DNA from: Candidatus Syntropharchaeum caldarium
Lineage (GTDB): Archaea; Halobacteriota; Syntropharchaeia; Syntropharchaeales; Syntropharchaeaceae
Direction: 5' to 3'
Length of the DNA stretch: 32,000 nucleotides
NCBI GenBank assembly: GCA_001766815.1
Contig: LYOS01000001.1
Coordinates: 390,001-422,000 of the forward strand
The translations under genes were made by a program, and so were the position numbers. Position 1 is the first letter of the stretch. Each line of letters opens with the position of its first letter. Under the pieces are notes generated by a model. That model saw only the letters and a program-made list of their open reading frames with translations. It did not search any database and had not been told where the DNA came from. This document shows, piece after piece, positions 28,285 to 32,000 of this stretch.

Positions 28285-28524
28285 AAACCTCTCGGTGATA
28301 AGCTTTCAGTATGAGGCGTAAAGCACGCCTCATACACCCATGTCCAACCTTCGGTTGGACTTGAGCACCTCTTTGAGGTGCTCCTTTCGCAATGCCTTTA
28401 TCAAAGGCATCTGCGGTTGGACTATCGCTCTTTGAGCGAGTTTTCCTGCCTTCGGCAGGACTGGTCCGGCTGAAAAGCCTACTATTTTGCCGTATGGGCA
28501 TATGGTGTGCTTGCATGGACACAG
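28285..28524 (+). ncRNA. Candidate structured non-coding RNA (unclassified): eight or more back-to-back hairpins
   Basis: Consecutive hairpins are at 28309-28335 (10-bp stem), 28342-28360, 28363-28383 (9 bp), 28389-28414, 28425-28439, 28446-28459, 28468-28479 (GGCU-GAAA-AGCC) and 28490-28505. The GNRA and CUUCG loops read correctly only on the plus strand. The ends are uncertain. Confidence 0.4.
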
Positions 28525-28924
28525 AAGATGGATTAATCAGGGATATTCACCACATTTTCCTTCAATCAGATAGGAAAAAACAGGTGTGATGGATGGGGAT
28601 TGAGGGAAAATCCTGTATCAGCGGCATTTATTATTCATGAGGGGGTCTGGTTTAGGTTTTGACCGGTGTGGGGAGGGGGTAAATCAAAATTCTCTTGAGT
28701 ATATCAGGAGATGTTAAGGCATAAAAGTTCAAAAACAACAGAAAATATATACGCACGTGAGTAGAGATATAGGCAAGGTTAAAAGTCCACTGGATAGTTT
28801 ACAGATAAACGGAGGAGAAGATGATTGAAGATTGAAAAGTTCAACCAGAGGGATGTATGTGCGAACTTGAGTTCGGATATATCGACAAATTGTAGGGATA
28901 TGCGAAGTGGGTTTGGGTATAAGT

Positions 28925-28938
28925 TGTTATACGACATT
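28925..28938 (+). repeat. attC-like 3' half-site (TGTTATacGACATT) immediately upstream of the first cassette
   Basis: It matches the 3' end of element A (TGTTATgtGACATT, 29807-29820) at 12 of 14 positions. Confidence 0.4.
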
Positions 28939-28986
28939 TTACTTGGCTATATTTGGTATATAAACCTGTGAATATGGAGGAATATA

Positions 28987-29667
28987 ATGAATTTGATAGA
29001 ATATCTCAAAAAGATTAACAAAGAGGAGTGCCCAGAAGAATGCATTTTTAAACAAAAAAGTCCTAAAGTTGCTATAATTCCTCCGCCTAATGAAATATTA
29101 GGAATTATTGTCTCAAGGGATCCAACATTTGATTGGATAAAGAATTATGAAGAAGCGTGGAAAGAGTACAATGAAACAGTAAACGTTGAGAATCTACGTA
29201 AGAAACTTTTTGAGGCAATTCCTAAATCCCTAATTGAGAGGATTACTACGTATAAAGATAAATTAAATAGCACAGAAGAAGATATTGTTTGTCTTCATAA
29301 AATGATATATAAAAATGTATATTGGACACATCTACACAAATGCTTTACGAACAAACGTGATAAAGAGTATGAATTTGATAATAAGAATGCCATAATATGT
29401 GGAGAGAGATGGTTAGCAAAAGAGCTTGAAATCGCAACAAATACGAAGACAAAATTTATAATCGCTCTTGGTAGGGACGTTCAGAGATTTGTTTGTGAAT
29501 GGCGAGAGGATTATTGTGAAAACAGAGATATAAAGATTATTTACCTTCCTCATCCTTCACCAGCAAATGTTGGAAAGTATTGGTCATGGTGTCCTAAAGA
29601 AGAAAGAAATAAGGTGAGGCTAACGAAACGGATAAATAATTTATTACAACTATGTAAGGGAGGTTAG
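28987..29667 (+). CDS. Divergent uracil-DNA glycosylase-superfamily protein
   Basis: 226 aa with GGAGG 7 nt upstream of the ATG. The motif-A-like GIIVSRDPTF (29101-29130) compares to family-1 GQDPYH. The motif-B-like LPHPSPANVG (HPSPAN at 29551-29568) compares to HPSPLS. The gene is very AT-rich. Confidence 0.5.
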   Translation: MNLIEYLKKINKEECPEECIFKQKSPKVAIIPPPNEILGIIVSRDPTFDWIKNYEEAWKEYNETVNVENLRKKLFEAIPKSLIERITTYKDKLNSTEEDIVCLHKMIYKNVYWTHLHKCFTNKRDKEYEFDNKNAIICGERWLAKELEIATNTKTKFIIALGRDVQRFVCEWREDYCENRDIKIIYLPHPSPANVGKYWSWCPKEERNKVRLTKRINNLLQLCKGG

Positions 29668-29730
29668 AAATTAACGCCAAGCAAAACGCTTCACCACTAT
29701 CGCGGTTCGCTCTCACTTCGTTCGAGTCGT

Positions 29731-29812
29731 ATAACACAGTATACACGGCTCACTCCGTTCGCCCAAATTTCGGCTTCGCCGAAACTTCGTATATGCTGGA
29801 AACGTATGTTAT
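29731..29812 (+). repeat. attC-like imperfect inverted-repeat element A
   Basis: It starts with ATAACA and ends with the complementary TGTTAT. The inner boxes CAGTATAC and GTATA(TG)CTG pair with each other. There is a central hairpin TTTCGGC-TTC-GCCGAAA. The element is homologous to element B over nearly its full length. Confidence 0.55.
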
Positions 29813-29844
29813 GTGACATTGCGTCTATGTCATGAGAGATTAAT

Positions 29845-30474
29845 ATGAGAAAGCTAACTAAGGCAGTTCGTGGAACTCTTCAGCTCGCTCGGCGAAAGAT
29901 AATAACCAATGCATGGCAATTGCTTCGAACTGCTGTTAAATTGTCTGAGCAGCAACAATACGCCATAGCCTGTTTTTTAGCTATGACAGCTATTGAAGAA
30001 ATAGGAAAATTATTTATTTTACAGCTTGTTCAGGGAGATGTGTTTAAGGAACTTGGCGTTAAATTAGAACCACCACCTGACCTAAACACAAAAGAACTTA
30101 ATAAGTTCCTTCGGAACCATCTTGATAAAGCTTTAGAGGCAGCAGCGTCCTCTCTTTACATCAACGCTGGTGCTGACCGGCGACATGGCGTACATCCTAT
30201 AAGTGGGATACATTGTACATCGGGGGTGGTTTTGCTAACTCGTTCCGGTCGCTGGATGAGTATTCGAAATAGCTGTCTGTATACCGAAGTTGACTTTGCC
30301 ACAAACTCAACCTCTTCTCCAAATGATTTTATAACTCGTGAACATGCATACTATTTCATTTGCATGGGATTTGAGGTGTTAGCTGAACAGGCAGAGGCAG
30401 GTTTTGGTTCCGGTCTCGAGGGGCGTGATGTAAGTAAAAGCATTCAGTTCTGGCAAGATCGCCTTAAAGATTGA
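29845..30474 (+). CDS. AbiV-like HEPN-domain protein (putative abortive-infection or defence protein)
   Basis: 209 aa. The pattern YAIACFLAMTAIEEIGK, then RNHLDKA, then IRNSCLYTEVDF follows the AbiV-family arrangement (A..lA..alEE.gK, H..K, lYvd), matched from memory of the family. Confidence 0.45.
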   Translation: MRKLTKAVRGTLQLARRKIITNAWQLLRTAVKLSEQQQYAIACFLAMTAIEEIGKLFILQLVQGDVFKELGVKLEPPPDLNTKELNKFLRNHLDKALEAAASSLYINAGADRRHGVHPISGIHCTSGVVLLTRSGRWMSIRNSCLYTEVDFATNSTSSPNDFITREHAYYFICMGFEVLAEQAEAGFGSGLEGRDVSKSIQFWQDRLKD

Positions 30475-30482
30475 AAAGATTT

Positions 30483-30626
30483 ATGGAACAATGGTCAAGT
30501 ACTGTCGATCTTGATCAACTGGACTTCCTTGCCAATCCTGAGCCGTTGCGAGAGGAAGCGGAGAAGCGTGAGAGTAAGAATGTTGAGAAAAAGGAGAAAA
30601 TGTTTGTACGGCGCAACCTCACATAA
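30483..30626 (+). CDS. Possible 47-aa small ORF between the AbiV-like gene and element B
   Basis: It runs from ATG to TAA and encodes MEQWSSTVDLDQLDFLANPEPLREEAEKRESKNVEKKEKMFVRRNLT. The stop codon lies inside the ATAAC box of element B. There is no clear Shine-Dalgarno sequence. It may instead be a frameshifted C-terminal extension of the AbiV-like gene. Confidence 0.2.
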   Translation: MEQWSSTVDLDQLDFLANPEPLREEAEKRESKNVEKKEKMFVRRNLT

Positions 30627-30697
30627 CACAGGCTATACGGCTCGTTTCACTCGCCCAAATCGGCTATCGCCGACTTCGTATATCCTGAAGCCGTTAT
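30623..30697 (+). repeat. attC-like imperfect inverted-repeat element B
   Basis: The outer boxes are ATAAC and GTTAT. The inner boxes CAGGCTATAC and GTATATCCTG pair at 9 of 10 positions. The central hairpin is TCGGC-TATC-GCCGA. It shares the blocks ATAACACAG, TATAC, GGCTC, TCGCCCAAA, TCGGCT, TCGCCGA and CTTCGTATAT with element A. Confidence 0.55.
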
Positions 30698-30746
30698 CGG
30701 AAATTGCTTAAAGCTAAACATACAAAATAAATAGCGAGGTTAAAAT

Positions 30747-30941
30747 ATGGAAGTGAAGGAATTAATTTTAAAGGAAATCGAAAAGATTCCTGAACAGTAT
30801 CTCACAGAGATATTGGATTTTATACGCTTTTTAGAGACAAAAGCGCTGGAAGAAAGGATGGGGACTGCAATCATAAGCGAAACATCCCTTAAGAAAGATT
30901 GGCTAAAACCTGAGGAGGATGAAGCTTGGCAAGATTTGTAA
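30747..30941 (+). CDS. Type II antitoxin, DUF2281-like (partner of MazF)
   Basis: 64 aa. LKEIEKIPEQYLTEILDFIRFLETKA matches the DUF2281 antitoxin pattern. GAGGT lies upstream. The gene overlaps the toxin gene. Confidence 0.65.
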   Translation: MEVKELILKEIEKIPEQYLTEILDFIRFLETKALEERMGTAIISETSLKKDWLKPEEDEAWQDL

Positions 30942-31258
30942 AGGGGGATGTGGTGGTTGTACCCTTTCCATTTTCGGATTTAACCCATGCCAAGAGACGA
31001 CCTGCTTTAGTTGTGGCTGAATTAGAAGGAGACGACCTGATTCTATGCCAGATAACCAGTCAGCGGATTAAAGATAAATACGCAGTTCCAATTGAGGACA
31101 ATGACTTTGAAACAGGGGCACTCAAGCAGAGAAGTAATGTGCGACCAAATCGTATATTTACAGCGGACCGTCACATAATCTTATACCGTATTGGTCATCT
31201 CAAACCTGATAAGGCTAACGAGGTGATCGAGAGAATAGTAGATATTTTACGACAATGA
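30926..31258 (+). CDS. mazF: MazF/PemK-family endoribonuclease toxin
   Basis: 110 aa. KGDVVVVPFPFSDLTHAKRRPALVV..LILCQITS..VRPNRIFTAD is the classic MazF/PemK pattern. The TTG start overlaps the antitoxin gene by 16 nt. Confidence 0.8.
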   Translation: MARFVKGDVVVVPFPFSDLTHAKRRPALVVAELEGDDLILCQITSQRIKDKYAVPIEDNDFETGALKQRSNVRPNRIFTADRHIILYRIGHLKPDKANEVIERIVDILRQ

Positions 31259-31273
31259 ATTACGCAACTTTCG

Positions 31274-31380
31274 ATAACAGAGCGTATCTGGCTACAGTGC
31301 TTCGCACTTGCCTTTCGGGTCATATAAACAAGCGGGTACGCGGTTCGCTTCGCAACCCCTTCGCATACCCCGTCAGCCGA
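31274..31380 (+). repeat. attC-like element C (conserved ends, divergent centre)
   Basis: The 5' end GATAACAGAGCGTATCTGGCT resembles CATAACACAGGCTATACGGCT of element B. The 3' end CTTCGCATACCCCGTCAGCCGAAATT resembles CTTCGTATATCCTGAAGCCGTTATCGGAAATT. The centre differs and contains its own small hairpins. GTCAG replaces GTTAT. Confidence 0.4.
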
Positions 31381-31426
31381 AATTTTTTATAGTCTTATTT
31401 AAATACTCTCATGGAGGTGTTCGCCT

Positions 31427-31624
31427 GTGGAAACAAAAATAAAGGATCTAACTATCGAAGAATTACGATCATTGATATCAGACACTGTCCGAGAAGCTAT
31501 GAATGATTCAATCGAAGATATGCTGGCACTTTCAAGTGACGAATACCTAAAATCCATTGAAGAAGCGAGAAACGATTACAAAACAGGTAGAGTGAGATCT
31601 ATCGAGGAAATCTTCGATGTATAA
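31427..31624 (+). CDS. Putative type II antitoxin (partner of the RelE/ParE-like toxin)
   Basis: 65 aa with a GTG start and GGAGGTG 7 nt upstream. It is acidic and helical, with a C-terminal ..EEARNDYKTGRVRSIEEIF typical of small archaeal antitoxins. It overlaps the toxin start by 8 nt. Confidence 0.55.
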   Translation: METKIKDLTIEELRSLISDTVREAMNDSIEDMLALSSDEYLKSIEEARNDYKTGRVRSIEEIFDV

Positions 31625-31863
31625 GGTGGTATTCACCCAGCGAGCATTGAAAGATCTTGAAAACATTGATAAAGAGGTTCGTAATAGAATTGCTACAAAA
31701 CTTAAAGAATGCACGAAAGAGCCTCTAATATACGCTCGAAAGTTATCAAACCCAAAGATAGGTACATATCGATTTAGAGTGGGTGATTACCGTGTAATAT
31801 TTGATATTGACAAAAAACATAGTGATTTTGCGAATTGGACACAGAAAGAGCATTTACAAATGA
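31617..31863 (+). pseudogene. relE: RelE/ParE-family toxin interrupted by a 1-nt frameshift
   Basis: Frame 1 reads MYKVVFTQRALKDLENIDKEVRNRIATKLKE..YRFRVGDYRVIFDIDKK. The expected C-terminus IVILRIGHRKSIYK followed by a stop is in the +1 frame (31819-31863), immediately after the run GACAAAAAAC (31809-31818). Confidence 0.75.
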
Positions 31864-31865
31864 TA

Positions 31866-31991
31866 AAACTCCGCTTCACAGGAAACTACTACACCCGTGA
31901 CCGTGTCGAGCGCCTGAAACGCGATCTTGAGAAGGTGGGGCTGGGCGGCAGGGTGGATATGTTCATGATGTCAGCGAGCTATGGGGCGTGA
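31866..31991 (+). pseudogene. Fragment resembling the C-terminal part of an MvhD/FlpD-type domain
   Basis: TGNYYTRDRVERLKRDLEKVGLGGRVDMFMMSASYGA follows the MvhD pattern (CHY..GN..A..R...L...L...G....R.....SASEG). It lacks the upstream Cys-rich part and stops early. This segment returns to GC-rich, host-like composition and lies at the window edge. Confidence 0.4.
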
Positions 31992-32000
31992 ATTTGCAGA

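Larger units (their letters stand above)
28921..31863 (+). mobile_element. Integron-like gene-cassette array (four co-oriented cassettes with attC-like boundaries; no integrase in window)
   Basis: See repeats A-C and the half-site at 28925-28938. The cassettes are about 0.7-0.9 kb, each with its own Shine-Dalgarno sequence or start. All are on the plus strand. The region is AT-rich and GATC-poor relative to the flanks. Confidence 0.45.

Noticed and set aside
28283-28589. ORFs 28283..28522 (-) of 79 aa and 28392..28589 (+) of 65 aa as protein-coding genes
   Set aside because: Both lie entirely within the run of palindromic hairpins, so they are open on both strands by symmetry. Their products are low-complexity and rich in Arg, Ser and Ala. 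Neither has a Shine-Dalgarno sequence or a plausible start context.
28596-28680. G-tracts (GGGG, GGG, GGGGG, GGGG-A-GGGGG) as a G-quadruplex
   Set aside because: The tracts are separated by loops of 20-40 nt, too long for a canonical intramolecular G4. There is no supporting repeat pattern.
28283-28760. Known RNA classes for the hairpin region: RNase P RNA, SRP RNA, group II intron, C/D box sRNA
   Set aside because: There are no GGAAAGUCC or ACAGAA..GGCUUA P4 strands. There is no SRP helix-8 GGAA or AGCA motif. A GTGCG occurs on the minus strand (28756-28752), but no domain-V-like 34-nt hairpin with an AGC triad and bulge follows it. GTGATGG at about 28585 is only an imperfect C box, with no properly spaced CUGA D box.
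26525-28990. A CRISPR array associated with the Cas6-like gene and cas1 remnant
   Set aside because: I found no set of three or more direct repeats of 24-40 nt at regular spacing anywhere in this region or elsewhere in the window. GGTTGGACT occurs only twice and is part of the hairpins.
29700-29712. GGTTCG motifs (also at about 31341-31352) as possible tRNA T-arms or a tRNA-derived integration site
   Set aside because: No acceptor stem, anticodon arm or complementary T-stem could be built around either copy. They are better explained as parts of the TTCG-rich boundary elements.
30511-30711. 66-aa ORF reading across attC-like element B
   Set aside because: The frame runs straight through the conserved inverted-repeat element and is Arg- and Lys-rich at low complexity. 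The start lacks a Shine-Dalgarno sequence. It is most likely a spurious frame.
31617-31991. 124-aa ORF as an intact protein
   Set aside because: It is a chimera: RelE residues 1-67, then about 17 frameshifted residues of unrelated sequence, then an MvhD-like fragment. The true RelE C-terminus is in the +1 frame.

Overview
The gene content points to an archaeal chromosome of a methanogen or ANME, Methanosarcinales-like: comB, dapL, a split GMP synthase, an Isf-type flavoprotein, DUF460 and a DRG GTPase. Positions 1 to about 26.5 kb are tightly packed housekeeping genes. They include a four-subunit 2-oxoacid:ferredoxin oxidoreductase operon followed by a DUF362 Fe-S gene and dapL. They also include a run of eight translationally coupled minus-strand genes: UppS-like, NfeD, CinA-like, DUF89, cysteine desulfurase, FdhD, QueC and ComB. 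A plus-strand run carries DUF460, XseA, MetRS, an HDAC-family protein and cyclophilin. From about 26.5 kb the window becomes accessory. It holds an orphan Cas6-like gene coupled to a degraded cas1 fragment, which is fused in frame to a 3-hydroxyacyl-CoA dehydrogenase fragment. Next come two overlapping small genes of unknown function and a roughly 200-nt run of back-to-back hairpins, a candidate structured RNA. After that is an AT-rich, GATC-poor array of four co-oriented compact gene units: a UDG-superfamily protein, an AbiV-like HEPN protein, a MazEF-like pair and a RelBE-like pair with a frameshifted toxin. These units are separated by attC-like imperfect inverted repeats that run from ATAAC to GTTAT. 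The best lead is that this is an integron-like cassette array with no integrase inside the window. I found no rRNA, tRNA or CRISPR array. All calls come from reading the translated ORFs and the raw sequence by eye; no database search was possible.
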